Notes under the pieces: generated by a model | What the model was told of the DNA's origin: nothing | The model's input: the letters and a program-made list of their open reading frames with translations, nothing else | Databases searched by the model: none | In this document: one piece after another, positions 63,490 to 64,000 of the stretch | Position numbering within the stretch: the first letter of the stretch is position 1 | How the letters are laid out: each line of letters starts with the position of its first letter | From: Octopus sinensis | Taxonomy: Eukaryota | Assembly (NCBI RefSeq): GCF_006345805.1 | Contig: NC_043014.1 | Span: 28,272,001-28,336,000, forward strand | DNA: 64,000 nt | Reading direction: 5' to 3' | Made by a program: the position numbers and the translations under genes

Positions 63490-64000
63490 CATACACTTAA
63501 GTGGGCGAATACACATACACTAAGGTGTGCTAAAACACATACACTTAAAGGCAAACATACGCACACTTAGGTGGGCAAACATGCATACACTTAAGTGGGC
63601 GAACACACATGCACTTAAGTGGGCGAACACACATGCACTTAAGTGGGCGAACACACATACACTTAAGTGGGCAAAAACATACAATTACCTGAGAAAAACA
63701 CATACAGTTAAGTGGGCAAACATACATATACTTAATTGGGCTAAAATGCATACACTCAAGTAGGCGAACGCACATGCACTTAAGTGGGAAAACACACATA
63801 TACTTAAGTGGGCCAAAATGCATACATTTAAGTAGGCAAACACATATGCACTTAGGTGGGCAAATACATATATACTTAAGTGGGAAAGGACACATACATA
63901 TCAGTAAGTAAACACATATATACTTAATAATTTGGGCAAAAACATACACTTAAGTAGGTAAACACACATACACTTAAGTGGGAAAAACACGATTACGAAG
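63490..64000. repeat. ~24-bp minisatellite (cacacatgcacttaagtgggcgaa), running off the window end
   Basis: About 20 diverged units containing the palindrome cacttaagtg. Confidence 0.9.

Overview
Eukaryotic, AT-rich, microsatellite-dense DNA with no host gene I can identify confidently; it reads as intronic or intergenic. The SINE families and long (TA)n/(CA)n/(CATA)n tracts look like an octopus/cephalopod genome (inference from memory, not a database hit). Most of the window is transposon debris: at least 3-4 tRNA-derived SINE families; Tc1/mariner, pogo/Tigger, hAT, MULE, piggyBac-like and Helitron remnants; and RTE, CR1, R4/Dong-like, CRE-like and Penelope-like retroelements. Most ORFs in the supplied track are microsatellite translations. 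The main discovery is a set of type I hammerhead ribozymes (HHR). A ~562-bp tandem repeat (26200-27643) carries a complete minus-strand HHR in two units and a truncated one in the third, so it could release a unit-length, retrozyme-like RNA. A separate complete HHR lies at 28663-28740 (+), and several decayed HHR motifs sit in short elements embedded in (TA)n tracts. The same tracts are repeatedly flanked by near-perfect inverted duplications. R4/Dong-like LINE copies all abut (CATA)n, suggesting a microsatellite target. All motifs and pairings were read by eye; no folding or search tools were run.
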